64,000 bases of DNA from Owenia fusiformis (lineage: Eukaryota): the NCBI GenBank assembly GCA_903813345.2, contig CAIIXF020000001.1:48732001-48796000 (forward strand). The letters run 5' to 3'. The translations under genes and the position numbers were made by a program. The notes under the pieces are model-generated. The model had not been told where the DNA came from. It worked only from the letters and a program-made list of their open reading frames with translations, and ran no database searches. Positions 27,995 through 42,900 of the stretch are shown in pieces (within the stretch, counting starts at the first letter, position 1; every line of letters starts with the position of its first letter).

Positions 27995-30900
27995 GTAAGT
28001 TTTTACAACTTTGAAACTTTTATATTTCAAGATGGCTGCCCATAATATTGCATGTGAAAACTTTCTTTGTAATTCGTGTTCATTCTTCTCAAATCAAGCA
28101 TTTATACGCGCTGTTGTACTTGGATTATCTACCCAAAACATCATCAACTTTCTATAATGAAATTCATCTTGGATTTGAATCCTTACTTTGTGTTCATCTC
28201 CATACAGTACTCGAATTTTAGGGTCTTGGTGATAGTAAAAGGAAGTGATTGTAGGATATCCATTGCTATTTGGATAATTGGTTTCACAACCTTGTTTCAG
28301 AATTATGTGAACATATCAGTGATCAGGAAATAAGTGATACAAAAAAAAAATTGGTCAATAAGGCCAAAAAAACAAATGTGTGTCATCTTCTTAGTCAAAA
28401 TCAAAATTTGAGTAACAACTCTGAATCTAAAAAATAACAATATGTGGAAAAAACACATGTACCTGAATAACTTTTGTATATTTTGGTTTGTTTTGTAGTT
28501 TAGCTTTCATTGGCCTTTATTATTTTGATGTTTTTCTGAAACTCCCTAAATTACAAAAGGCCAAAACTTCACTGTACATTATGTATAACTATTTGACTTT
28601 TACAAAAGGTACATATGTTTTTGTTTTTCCAAATAATGTTGCAATTTGGTCCTTCCTTCGTTTTAGATTCAAAGTTGCTACTAAACTTTTGACTGTAGAA
28701 GACTGAAATAGATTGGGCTGACAAATGTTGCATATAGTGATACACAAATTCTCTTCAATGTATTTTTGGGTTTAGCGTTGATGAGAGTACATATAATATT
28801 TGACAGTATCAAGCTATTTGTTCAATCTTCCATAACCCTCATCAATGTGGCCTTTAGGTTGCTGTTAAACTTTAGAGATCGCAAACATAATTTTATAGAA
28901 TCAGCTATAGCAAATAATCACCGTCAAAATTTATTTTGGTCAGACAGATCAGCTGTGGTTGTCATCCAGAAAAATCTCCTTGATATCTTGTTTAGTTTAT
29001 TAGAAGCCACTAACAAACTATATGCTTGATGTGACACTTGGCTACATATGAATCAAATTCTCTAAATATTTTTTTCGATTATGAAGCCATTTATATATGT
29101 ATGACATTGTACTAAAGAACACAGGGGTTCCTCTTGAGTACCAGAACGATGACAAATGTCATCTGCACTCTAACACTGATTAGACCTCACACAAAGGTCC
29201 CTTATTGAGATATTCACATAATAACAAACATCTGACTAAGACTGAAAACAATTTGATTTTGTAAAATATAAAAAAATATTATTTTGCTTCAAAGGTGACA
29301 TAGTTCTGCATATATACTATAAATGAAAGAGCCAAGTGGAATGTAACCTTTCTTATTGTATTTATTCATGCTGGCTCTCGTATAGAACCACTGGTATGAA
29401 AACTTGGTATGGCGGATATATGGACAAAGAGATCATGAATGAATACAATACAAAGTCTGTAACTAGCAATGGGATCACGCCACTTTTACAGAATACAAAG
29501 TTATGATAAATACAATAAATCTATAGAGTTTTGAAAATATTGACATGTTCATTATACCCACTGCCACGATTAAGTTACATCATGGTTTCACTGCTATTGA
29601 AGACTTCCGTCCCATAAGGAGTGTTTTTAATATTTAATTTATTATTTGAAGTATTTTAGATAATTTCATGTACAGTATATATGTATATGAATGGTCATAT
29701 CAGTTTGAAACATTTAGTGTAGATATTTCATCTTGACTCGTAGGGACTCAGTTATTTAATGTTTGGGAGACAGATACTGACACTGAATCCCTTTCTTCCC
29801 CCTTATTTGATGACTTCATATCACATCCTTACTTGTTTATTTAATCCTCAAAAGTGATCACTATCATATTTTACAAGAATTTCAAAATGATTCACCATTG
29901 AGCAATATAGTTCCTTATCTGCACTTCCACTTTGCTAACAATTATTTAACTTGAAGTCGTCAACATTCCTCTACCTGACCTGTGTACTTTAGAATTGATA
30001 GTTCCTCTTATACCTTACAGTACAGGTATTTTGCCAAAATAATACGTCAGTGAGATTTCCGATATGGTTAAATGTCAGTTTTCATGTTTCAACTCCAGGA
30101 CAACCCGCTTAATAGAAACCATCCCTTTTATTGTGGAATGCGTTCACTCTCCATGTGGCCTGCATATGTATGTTTGTTTACTTTATGTGGCTGCAAACTT
30201 AGATTTGATTTATTAGGTTTTTTTTGTGTTCAGTATATGTATTTTATTTTATATAAGATGCCACTTGACTGTCACTTACCCCCCCCCCCTCTTTGTTTTG
30301 TATTATTTGTTAAATATGGGATTGTTCAATATGTTATAGACACTATATGATGTCTGCTGATTTCTTCTGTAAAGGCAATAATAAGAAATCTTAACAAGCA
30401 GAATCTACTCCTAATGGCTTTCTCTCACATGATATTGGTTTCGTTCATGATGCGGAAAGTACCTTTTAAACAAAGTGTGTGACATTTGAGATTTATGTCA
30501 CTCAAGCAATGCTTTTTAACTGTTTTTTAAGAAGCCAGTAGAAGTGTCAGGCACTATTGACAGAATGTTATATTTAACTAAAAGTTTGAATTATCTAGTA
30601 CACGGTGATAGAAAATTATATTCTAAAGATGATATTAGAAAATATAAATCTTGGATACTCAGTCTCCAACTTTTTTATGTCACCACCAAAAAGTGGTGAC
30701 ATATTGTTGTGGTGTCCATTTTTTGTGGCAGCGGTTGGCATCTGTAACAAATTCTCAAAACTTGCAATAACTTAACAAATACTGTTTACATTACTTTACA
30801 TTAAGATTTCATCTTCAATGACCTTCTCAGGTTCAAAAAAGGTCTTATTTCAACCTGCTTCAAATTGACTAATTTTTTTTCAAAATCATCTACACGTTCT

Positions 30901-33900
30901 CAGAAATTCAATATCATGTGCAACTAGGTAGTGACATTTTAATGCCTTGTTGTGGATGGTGTTCAGTATGCGGCAGTTGGTGTTCAACATCTGTAACAAA
31001 TGGCTGGTGATGACATTTTGCATATTGATGCCTTGTTAATATTTTATTCTAATGTGAACCAAATATGACCAGTAACTGACTAAAAAGGGTAAGGAGAATG
31101 ATGACCTCATTCATTAGAAAATTCTAAATCTTACATATCGCCTTAGGAACCTTTTCCTCTTAGGTAATAACTTACTAGATCACCTTGTCCCTGATTTATG
31201 ATAGTGATTACATATACATTGAGACATGAATTCTTGATTCGCCAAGTAATGAAATCTATCATTACGTAAAGGGAGTATTATTTCAATCCAAGGAATGGCC
31301 TATTGAATCATAATCAAATCACTAGCAACCAGACAAACTATTAATTGTAGCAATCCAAGTTAATTCCTACCAATGTAACTCTCGAGTTTGATTCTTGTTT
31401 GCAGTTGATAATGTTGCCTGGAAGTAATCTGTCTATCTATAAGATGCATGCAAAGCATTTCATTACTGAGACCATCTGCTTCAAAAATCAGCTCAATTTT
31501 TGTTGTTGAACTTGAAATAATTGTTAATGATGAATTCAGGATTGCTATTTTAGTATATATTATCCAGTGTTTGAGTCATTTCTCATTCGTATTTCTCCCT
31601 GAGTGGCTATAAAAGTCTTGTTCCCCCAAGAAAGTAACTGTCTTTTACCTTAAATAATTGACCATCTTGTATGATGGAATGAGATCAGTGGGACCTTATA
31701 TCAAGTATTGGTTTGGTAAGTATTACAATGGACTATCTCAGTTCCAAGAATATACCATGTCTATATTGATTTTATTTGTCGTAAGATGTTAAAAAGGACA
31801 TCATTGCTCCTGGATAGCACATGCCAAGAAAATAATTGAAATGAAGGTAGATGAAGTACAGGACTTTAAGTTAATGCCACTTTGCATTGCAAATGTTGAA
31901 CTAAGGATGGAGATCTTGTCTATCAATTTTGCATTTTTTTTGCACTTTGCCAAAATTCAAAACTGCTCCCTCTTTCACTCCCCAAAAATATCATGTATTG
32001 CATGTGCAATATTGACATGCTATTTTTTATTTTTTCCTTTATAGCGAGACAGGGACAATGGATGGGAAAAAAGTAACACAATGTCCAGGGAGAAGGGAGA
32101 GCACCATAAAGAAGTGAAAAAACAAGAAATTTGGATTGATGATGAGGTATGGCAATTTAACAATGGCATCTTATATGGATTTCTTCAATCATACCTTATG
32201 GTTTATTACTACAGTAGATATACAGTCATCCTTATACTTTCCTATTTTGACAATTTTAAATCTAAAAAATAATGATTGAAGGACTACATTACAAGGAAAT
32301 AGACAATATACATACCTTAATGTGACTTTTGTATATTTTGATGTTTTTCTGCCATGTTATTCTTTCAAAATTAACATGGCTGAAGTATTACCTAACTATC
32401 TGAAATATATACAAAAGTTAGGGGGGGATATATACAATGTATGCTTCTATTCTATATTTTGATGTTTTTCTGCCATGTTATTCTTTCAAAATTAACATGG
32501 CTGAAGTATTACCTAACTATCTGAAATATATACAAAAGTTAGGGGGGGGATATATACAATGTATGCTTCTATTCTTCCATATGCTGTTGCAATGTGGTCT
32601 TTAGATTGCTTATTTTTGGATCCAGAATTGTGAGGAAGACTGTGTTCATTTATGAGATAGAACAGTGAGGCTTTAGTATTGTGCTTAGGCTTATCACTGT
32701 TATGACCTGCTATAAATCCACAGTATAGTCTTGCATCAAGTTCCCTAACTGTATATTTTTTCTCAAGAAAGTGAGGATATGTGGAAGAGGATATAGGGGG
32801 TTGATGCAAGTTTATTTGTACAAATATCAAGTATTAAAATGATTACATGAACTTGTTTATCATTTTTTATTTCCTTTAGGTTTTAAAACCTTGTTTTTCT
32901 TGTTTAGCAGGATATCACGTAGGTTCAATAGTCCTTGACAGGGTACACAAGTAGATATACCTCATTTTTTATTTTATACAGCCTCTGAATTACTGTTTCA
33001 TCCCATGTATGAATTGTTGCATTTGTTTCAATTCTATCAACATCAAAACTGTTGGTGATTTTTAAAATTGGATAAAAGTAATGTTGGCATTGGGGTACTG
33101 AAATACTATATAATTTAGGCTTACACATAAGTTAATGAAAATAGATGCATATCCACATTGAATCAATCTTAGCCAATCCTAATTTTCTGGATGTCTGTTT
33201 TATGATTAAATTCCATAAAACAGCCAATGATTAGGTGCAGCATAGCTCCTATTTTCAATCACAATTTTCGAGGTTAGAATATTTGTTCTACTCGGCTAAC
33301 TGCATAAGGTGGTGGTCATGGTGATTAATGAGAAAATGCAATCATACCCTTGAACAAAATACCAAGAGGTTTCCATGATACATTGAATTCACCAGAAGAT
33401 GATGGATTAACTAAAGAATTGTATATATTAAATCATTCTTGTATTAGCTATGGGAGTATTTGATACTTGGTTTATGATAAGAACTGGGAGTGCTTGAAGA
33501 GTCTGAAGTTAGAAAAACATAATACCAAGAAAGTATAGTATCATGGGGAGATCACTGCTAATGCATGCTCAAAATGTCTGAATATCAGATACTTTATTCA
33601 CTTTTTAAGAGAAAGTGAACCTGATGTTTATCTAAGGATGTGAGGCCATTGAGATCATAGATTGTACTGCGTTGTGCAGTGGTTTGTTCTGACCATGCAC
33701 TGACTCATTTATATTTTAGCCTATAAGCTGCTGTGATTTGTCATCTTGCCTCATTTAAATTAATAACAGTTGAATACCTCTGGGAGAACACCATCCATCA
33801 TGGTACATGTTTCAGTTGTAAATTCGCCCAATCGATACAGCATACATACATATATATATAGAGAGAATAAAACCTATGCTTGTGTTGTAAGGTTTTTGCT

Positions 33901-36900
33901 TGCCTATTGAGTAACGATATTACAGAATTGTTCTATTGTCTCCTGACGGAGCCTTCCTTGGGGACCAGACTTATCAAATTCTGGCTATGGTTTATTTCCT
34001 GACATATACAAGATTACCCTTTATATCTCTATTAGTCATACTACCCTCTTACTGTTATAGATGATTTCTGGGTCAACAGTCTTAATCATCTCAAATGAAT
34101 GAAGTACATCTAATTTATTTGAGTTTTTATGTTACAAGTAAAATGTTAGCATTAAATGTTTCTGGAAATGGAGTCTGATTGGATAGAAGCTAAATTGAAT
34201 GAGTATATTGGAGAGTATATGCAAAGCTAAATTCTTGTAAAGGGTATAATGGATCACTCTCTCTTATTGTCAGGTACAGCTCTGTTACAGTTTATATACC
34301 ATCAATAATATAGTGAATGCCCCTTGTGGAATAGCTGATCTCATTATTGCATTAAATGACTCATGTTAACAGACTACTTGATAATATTAGCCACAATAGG
34401 CAAATTGGAACAAAACTGAAAGATAAGGTGGTTATGAAACTACATCTAATAATGATAGTCTGGGTGTTAAATAGTCTGGGTGTTAGGTGAATCAATTTCC
34501 TAATAGAACAAACTCTAAATAGGGAAATGAGACAAGACATTATTTTGTACTGTGCCAAATGGTGTATTATCTCTTGAAGCCAAAGGTATTTGGTATGTAC
34601 AGATATATAATAGGATGTGATCTGTAGTTTTAACTCAATCATAACATAGAGGATTGGCAAGTTAAGTATTGAATAAGCATTGCTGCAAATTGATTAAATA
34701 TACTAGATGTTTTAAGATGAATTACCATGGAGATATTTAGATCATTTACTCAAATGTTTGGGATTTTGAGGAATATTATAATACAACACTGACAGTCTGA
34801 GCCCATGTTGTATCAAATCTCAATCTTTTGTTACCTTGTCACATTGTCAAATACAAGGTCCAAGTCCGATGTTTTGAGATCTTCGAATCAGCTGTGTCTA
34901 CTTCTGTCTGATATATACTGATTGATCAGGAAGTCCACAACTTTAAGTACTTACCCTGAGGTCATTAACTGGAATACTTCCCTCTGAGGTAGAGTAGTCA
35001 CTTAACAGTTTTGTATTCCACCTATCATAAAGTACAGCAGAGCCTATCTTAAATGAATAACATATATGAATATCTGTCATTGATGGATATCAGACTCTTT
35101 CCAATGGTTCGAAACTGTTATCGTTAGAGTGTAAGAACATGTATGAAAGGGTAATATTGTTATGTTAGATGTCAAGTCGAGGACTTTGTTTATGTTGATT
35201 TGCATAGGCCATCATTATCTATGTGATAGGTAACTTAGAATGTTTCAAGTGAATATTAAGCTAATACTGAACAAGCTGCCATATCTTGTACTGTGTAGCA
35301 TTAAGGGTCAGATCAAAAAGTAAACATTCTTGGTTATGAATGAAATTTATAATGGCATTACATTCTGAAAATGATGGTTACCCCAATACCCCTAGCAGAT
35401 ATAATTCATTAAATCATAACTCATGTACTGGGAATTATTATTTTTATCCAACAACTGAAGTAGTTCTGAAAATGATGGTTACCCCCTCGCAGATTAATTC
35501 ATTAAATCATAACTCATTTGCTAGGCATCATTGTTTTTGTCCAACCCCTGAGGTAATTCTGAAAATGATGGTTACCCCCTAGCAGATATAATTCATTAAA
35601 TCATAACTCATTTGCTGGGCATCATTGTTTTTATCCAACCCTTGAGGTAGTTCTGGAGTGTTGTCTTGTGTTAGAGAATTGCAATAGCAGATAATCATGA
35701 CTTCTAAACCACTCATTTGATTTAATACAGGGGTCTGGCATTTGTTTCACTTGCTCTAATGTAATATCCTGAGCTATGTAGGTCTTGTTTGAATCTTAAG
35801 GTTTCATGTCTTGCTTTCGTCTAATTTGTTATTTTTCACTGAAGAAAATACCATGTTATATAATACTGCAGGCCTGTTGCAAGCTTTTTCCAAGGGGGTT
35901 CACTTTTAGAAAAAATCCAGGAGGCTTCATATTTATATTTATTTGACTTTGGTCCACAGTTATTTGAAAAGTGCTCAGATTAGAAAACTGCATGGTTTTG
36001 AAAGAAATTTTGGATAGGGGTACTGGTTTTCAGTAACATTATGAACCTGTATACTCCATTTTTGAATTTTTTAAACATTAATACCCTGATTGTTAATTTA
36101 CCAGAGACCTGGGGAATTGAGATATGAAAATATAATAGTAAATTTAAATGCAATTAATACAATTCACATTACCATAAATTGAGGGTCTCATTAGTTTTTA
36201 TCCATGTATAATTGAGCCAGCCACTAAGGGAAATAGCTAATATAGTTTGCTTTTTTGCTTCACACTATTATGAAATGTGATTCCTCTTGAGGTACAGTAT
36301 TATAGCAGGGAACCGGATGATTGCAATTGATGCCTTACCATAAGCATCAACTATTCATTGATTTCCTATCAGGTTGCTCATCATTACGATCCATGATCTA
36401 TGCCCGGTTTATAGATTTGGGGAATGAGGCTGAAAATGAGACTGTTGCATCATGGAATTGTTTGTTATGATTGATTAATTGGTGTAACGTGGCAGGAAAA
36501 ACAGTGAATTATTCACTTTTTATTGTTCGATATGATGACTCATAGGAAGAATTACCCAGGCAACCATGACTCACAGAAGGAACTACCCTGGTTTCCAAGG
36601 TAGCATATGCCGATTCACCTTTTGCTGCAAGCTCTTACTTATATTGCTACAGAATTTGACATGAAATTTTATATAATCGCATGTCTTAAAGATGTGTGTG
36701 TATAATTTTGAATTCTCATTTTTCAATGCAGATTTATGAGACAGTCTTTTAATTCTAAGCTTCTCATTATTTTCTCTGGATATGGTGAGAGACAGTACTT
36801 TATGGTACAATGTATTTACAAAGAAATGAGTTAGTTCTTTAGGGAGTTCATATAAACTTCCAATAGAAATTAATAAAACTAATCCTGTCTGTCCAGAACT

Positions 36901-39900
36901 TCTCCACACTGAACTTTCAATAATGTTAACATAGTGATTGAGTCTTGGCTGGTCTTTTATACAGAGAATATCAACAGTGAATTCTTGCTATGGCTGCAAC
37001 ATTATATAGGATACAATTTTGATATACTGGTTGCTATAGTGATTTGAGAGTGCCCTTTAGGTTCAGTACCTTTTGAAAGACATTTTAGCACATAAATGAA
37101 AAACATTTGTGATATTTTAAGTCACTGTGAATCTGTAATTTTGTAAAAGCTTTCTAGTTGATAGAAAGTGAAACTACAATAGTCAGAGGATATTGAACTA
37201 GTGGTTTGCTCAGGGTAAAAAATTGTAGCAATGTGATTTAGATACATGTACTGAAATAGAGCTGATACGTTGTTACACAATGTATTGGTTAAAAGAGTGC
37301 AAGAAAAATAACAAGATTAGGGCCACTTAAAGTGTTAGAAATGAGAATCCAGCTGGTACTTTACTGATTAGTACCAAAAAACAAGAACTCAACATTCAGC
37401 ACGTCCAAACTCTTACATTCTGGTCATATTCTGGGTCATGGTTGTTTCTATCATTTCCTCTGTAAAGAACAAAGACATAAAAGATATTTAAAGTATTCAT
37501 TTAAACATGAACATGTTGTTATAATTGAATCATATTTTTGTACTTATCTCAATAAAGAAATTGTTTTTCCATTTTGCAGGATGGAATGCATTACCATTTT
37601 CCTTGAGTGAATAGTCCTTCTAGTTATCTAAGTATCCTTCATTGATCTCTTAATTCTTTTCTTCAGAAAGTAACTAAGAGACCCCGATGGTCTTTCCTCT
37701 ACAGGCTCAGCTATTATGAATCTTCAAGTAGCGGTGATGATGGTAAAACAATAACATTGAAAATGCATCAACTAGAACCTCATCATACCTGGAGGGTTCA
37801 ATTTTGTTTTCATATACACACAGACAATGTCATACATGTTATTATGAAAGACCCCTCACTACTTTTGTATACGATAAGAATAACCCCAAACCTTATTTTA
37901 TTTATATTGCTGGTAAATGAATTCAACAATGTTACTTTCAGTTTTTGAAGGTTTGATCATTTTTTCGTATCACTTAAATAAGTCTTATCCTGAAAAGAAA
38001 TTTATTTTTTAACTGAGAGCCCTTAAAAAACGTGTTTCTCTTCACTTTTATATTTAATTGGCACACTTTAGTTGAGATATTTGATGAGTGAATCCTCTAG
38101 GGTGAAGGCCATACATATGATAAGCTTCTAGTGGTGCATTTAAATGTGACTTAATTTTGTTTTTTATTCATTTCTCCATTACATATTTCTAGATTAAGAT
38201 GGAATGCAGCTGTTAAGGGAATGACTAAATACACTAAAAAGTGTATTGAGATCATTTCTTTTAATCGTTATTGTATCATTTTTGAATATGTTTCCAGTAT
38301 GTTGATTTATTTTCAGGCATGCCATATTTGTTTATTTTTTGTTTCTGTTAGGTATTTTCCCATGTAACTAGATGCTGAAAATATGTAATTTTGGCAGAAA
38401 GTGATTTCCACTTTTGCCTCTTGGGCAACTTCATTTATTGACGCAGCAGAAGTTAGGATTTTATTAGATTTGGCCGAAACACAACTACTGTAGAGAGATC
38501 TGTTTTATACCTCCCAAGACTCCGTATCAAAATCAGTAAATCTGGAATCCAGCTCATCTAAAAATAAGTTCATAGTACTAAGTTATCTAGTTTCTTATCT
38601 CATTTATGAGTTATAATCATTGATTTTGGAAGTATAGGAAACAGAAATGGGGTTTACCACTTAGCTTGGTATTTGAATGCAGCTAATTCTATGAATGTCC
38701 TTGATGCAAATGAAATATTTGATTCGTAGAAACAAGGTTGTATTAAGCTTCATTATTAATCATTATCATTGTGATTTATTCATGTTTTCATCCCTAGCTT
38801 TTTATTATGAATTTCGCCAAGTTAAGCCCATTCATAAGGCATGACCCACCACTGCATGTTGTTGTGTTTATTTGCAATATTTAAGCATTATGTTCTGTTG
38901 GTTAGGATGAGGGAAGTGGGCCAGATGATAGAGTAGATCCTACCACAGATGACGAGGACATGTGGGATGAAGATGGTCCTTCAGGTCATGGTATGAATGA
39001 TGATGAAGAAGGAGATATGGGCTCAGGAAAAGGTATGCAGTTATATGATATTTTGTTGTCTATATGTAATACAGTATGATATCCTCTTCTGGTGGTGTTT
39101 TCTGAAATAATTATGCTAATTACAAGCTAGGTTTAGTGTGTCACCACATGTATCTCTCACAGTATCAATATCATAGGTAGCATCCACGTGATCAAAGGCG
39201 CATGCTATGATGCCTATATCAGTGGCTGTTTTTTACTTCAAAATGTGCCAATTTCTCATTTTCAAGTGAGAACAAATTAGTTTTCAAGTGGCTGTAACCC
39301 AATTTTCAAAACCTCAAGTAGACCCAGCATCCACTTTTTAATGCCATGGAGATCACTACTATATTTATTCTGTATTGCCAAATTCTGATACTGTCAGACT
39401 GAGCACATAGTATAATAGCTACAATGAGGGCTGTACCATGTGTTATTCTGTTCACTTATTTTGTATTGTCAGATCGTGGTAGTACTATCCGGTGTGGCAT
39501 ACCATCGTTACTTGATCCATGGCTGAAAGAATACACCGGTTTAACAGTATGGTAGCATACAGTATGATGCGTATAGCAGGCCTTTGACCTATCATGGATT
39601 CTACCTATGTATTTTCTGTGAAGAACATCGTAATGATTATATGGAAATTATACACGGAATTATTGATCAAGTCAAGTCTTAGATGGATCATGTCAAATGA
39701 TATGACACATCATGAAAACTTGTTGCTAAATTTATCAGAATGGGAACAAGATGATACCGTGCTAATTAGTGTTATAAACTAGGGAGATAATGTCAATTAC
39801 ACCCCTGGGAAGAAAAGTTCTTGGTTTACACCTAGCTAGATCACACCTAGGTGTATACCAGGGCTGGATATATCTCCCTAGATAAATGCTTACGCTGGAT

Positions 39901-42900
39901 TTAGAATCATAGGATAATAATTGTTGTATTCATGGGAAGGCATTCTACAGTTCCACATCTGTTATTGAAGATTTTGTAGTGAAAAATCAGTGGTCAGGCA
40001 ATCAATCAGTGGTCAGAGATAATCAATCGGAAGTCTGAAATTTAATCATCGTTCATATCAAATTCAATAGATGAATTCTGTCTTTCTTTGGGAAATATTT
40101 TCTGCTTTAACTTTCTCGTTATTTTTGGCCCAAATGTAAGAGCTTCACTTCTTACATGTACATGAACATGATGACTTTCAAAAATGAAAAACAAACATTT
40201 TATCATTCTTAACACTATGATCAATTAGTCAAGTCTGCTAAGCTCTCAAAGTCTGCAAATCTTCTTTAACATTTGTGGAAGATATAATGTGCATGAATCT
40301 TATAGTACTTTTATGTGTACAATTTGTGTGATGGGGAAAACATCAAAGGTATCACCATGCTTTACACCAAGATGCTCTCCCAGTTAGGTTAAGATATTCA
40401 CTTTGAACTAAAGAGTCGGTTTAATACATGGGATTAGAAACCTTTTAAAGGCTTCATATTGGTTACATACAATGGTATCAGAGTTAGGGAAATTCCAGAA
40501 AGAAGACCATCTTATCAATATATTTATCTATTCCGGGTCAAGAATAAACGGATTCAAAAAAGATAAGTCTGAAGCTTTGAGAATAACAGCATTTTCAGCA
40601 GATGGGAACGTCTCCTGATATTGAAGCATCTGTAATGTAGACATCTCTTTGTTATATTTTCTATCATATTCTCCACTTTAATATGAGATATCAAATGACA
40701 ATATCACATCTCAACTTTGAAAGACCTCTTGTATATTATATACAATATAAGATATTGAGTTTTAGCATTGTAGCCTGGAGTTTTAGCATTGTAGCCTGGA
40801 AATCAAACTTTGATCGGCTCGTCTCAAGAAATATCAGGTTCTCGGTTTATTAATGTGAGTATAATTATGACTAAAACCAGCTAAGCAAACCTCAGATATC
40901 AGATTATATGAATTATTGGAAAAGATCTAAGTTGCGGCTCTGTGTTTAGATTGGAATGTCTACACAGTGTTGTTACAAATGATATATTATGAAATAGTAC
41001 CTCATACCCAATACCAATATACAACTTGGAATTAATAGAAACATACTAACATGGAGTCCTATGAAATGTCATATTGCAACTGGAAGAGTCGGCTAGCTCT
41101 TATGTTCCAGAAATGTTAAGTTTCAAGCAGTATATCTTGATATACACTATATAGGATACTCTATAGAGAGCAATAGAAATTTAATTATTTATATTATATC
41201 CTTTTCTGAACGTGTTTACTCTGTTATTGGTTCAGTTAAAACACCTTACTGATAAAAAGCCTATGTTGCGCACACCTTACCAGCAAACATCTCTTGTAAA
41301 TACCTTACCAGCGAACATCTCTTGTAAATACCTTACCAGCAAACATCTCTTGTAAATACCTTACCAGCGAACATCTCTTGTAAATACCTTACCAGCAAAT
41401 ATCTCTTGTAAATACCTTACAAGCAAACATCTCTTGTAAATACCTTACAAGCAAACATCTCTTGTTAATACCTTACCAGCGAACATCTCTTGTAAATATC
41501 TTACCAGCAAACAACTCTTGTAAATACCTTACCAGCAAACATCTCTTGTAAATACCTTACCAGCGAACATCTCTTGTAAATACCTTACCAGCGAACATCT
41601 CTTGTAAATACCTTACCAGCAAACATCTCTTGTAAATACCTTACCAGCAAACATCTCTTGTAATACCCTGCATGCAGAGTCTAGTTAAACTACACTCTGC
41701 CTAGTAGAGACCATATTACAGTTTAGTAGCTTATCCCCCACGACGGGTACCGGTGACAGTTTGGGTAAAATTGACATACGCGCTGACCTTTCTTCCACCA
41801 ATCAGCGAGCTTGATGAAACATACGCCAAATGCGTTCTAATTAAATATGCGCGTGTCATTGGTCAATTCCGGGCTCAAGGATGACGTCAGAAGGAATGAC
41901 CATATATAGAACGTCGGTCAAATTTGGCCGACGAACACTGATCAGTGCGGTGAGTTCACAGGTTTATTTTAGTTTGAAAGAGTGAAGACGAAGCTCTCTT
42001 TGAAGAAGTGAAGTCAAACGAATGCAAAGGGTACTCTTGTAAATACTTTACCAGCAAACATCTCTCATTTCATTAAATGATATGTACCAGATGCACAAAT
42101 ATTACTCAAAGAGAATCATATTAAAAACAAAATTATATGTTATTACTGATCCAATTGTGTCACAAGACAATTTTTAAAGGCTCTACTGAATGCACATGTA
42201 GTTTGATGTACCCATTCATTCTCTGTTGATCTGAATACCAGGTGAAACTAAATGTTGATTTCAACTTTCATTTATCTATCGCCATATATCATACTGACGT
42301 TTATATTAAGCTTCTCTGTGTACTTTGGTTTTAATAAGTGCTCATGTTTTTACTTTAACCTAAAACTAAAAGGTTCTTAGTTTTGCATTTAATTATGAAA
42401 AATCAGAGAGAGAAAATGATAAAAACAGAAAATGTAAATGTTATTAGAACATGCTTATGATTCTAAATCATTCAGGAAACAGGAAATAGTTTTCTTAAAA
42501 TTTTTGAAAGCAAATGGATATAAATAAAACATTTCCTATAATGGCATTTTCAGTTTAAGAAGGACATGTTTTGATTATACACATGTCATTTGAAAAGCTC
42601 TGTTTAAATCTACCTACGCTAGTTCAAATGATTGATTTCAGTTTTGAAGAGAATGTATTAGGCCACTATATTTTGGCTTAGATTTTTGTATCCTATGAAA
42701 AGAAATATATTTTCAAAACAATCTACATATTATATATTACAATGTAATTCCTATTTTCAAAAATGTCTACAAGTCTTCAGTCATTTAATTCAATTTGTCA
42801 GTGTGTGACTGTTTGTGCAAGTTTGGCTCAAATTTTGGTCTAAACTGAGGCAGAAGCGTGTAAATTGAGTCTACTATTTCAAAATTTGAAAGGTCGCAAG

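Noticed and set aside
30021..30025. Possible 5-nt microexon (TTACAG|TACAG|GTATTT)
   Set aside because: Would shift the frame between phase-0 exons 1 and 2; no supporting evidence.
35340..35582. 80-aa repetitive ORF
   Set aside because: Translation of a tandem repeat whose units are not a constant multiple of three.
40599..40640. Possible syndecan exon ([10 protein letters not shown]) after TTTTCAGCAG
   Set aside because: The required phase-1 frame hits TGA; the open frame is phase-incompatible and has no good donor.
41275..41663. 28-bp repeat array as a CRISPR array
   Set aside because: Units are contiguous with no unique spacers, no cas genes, eukaryotic intron context.
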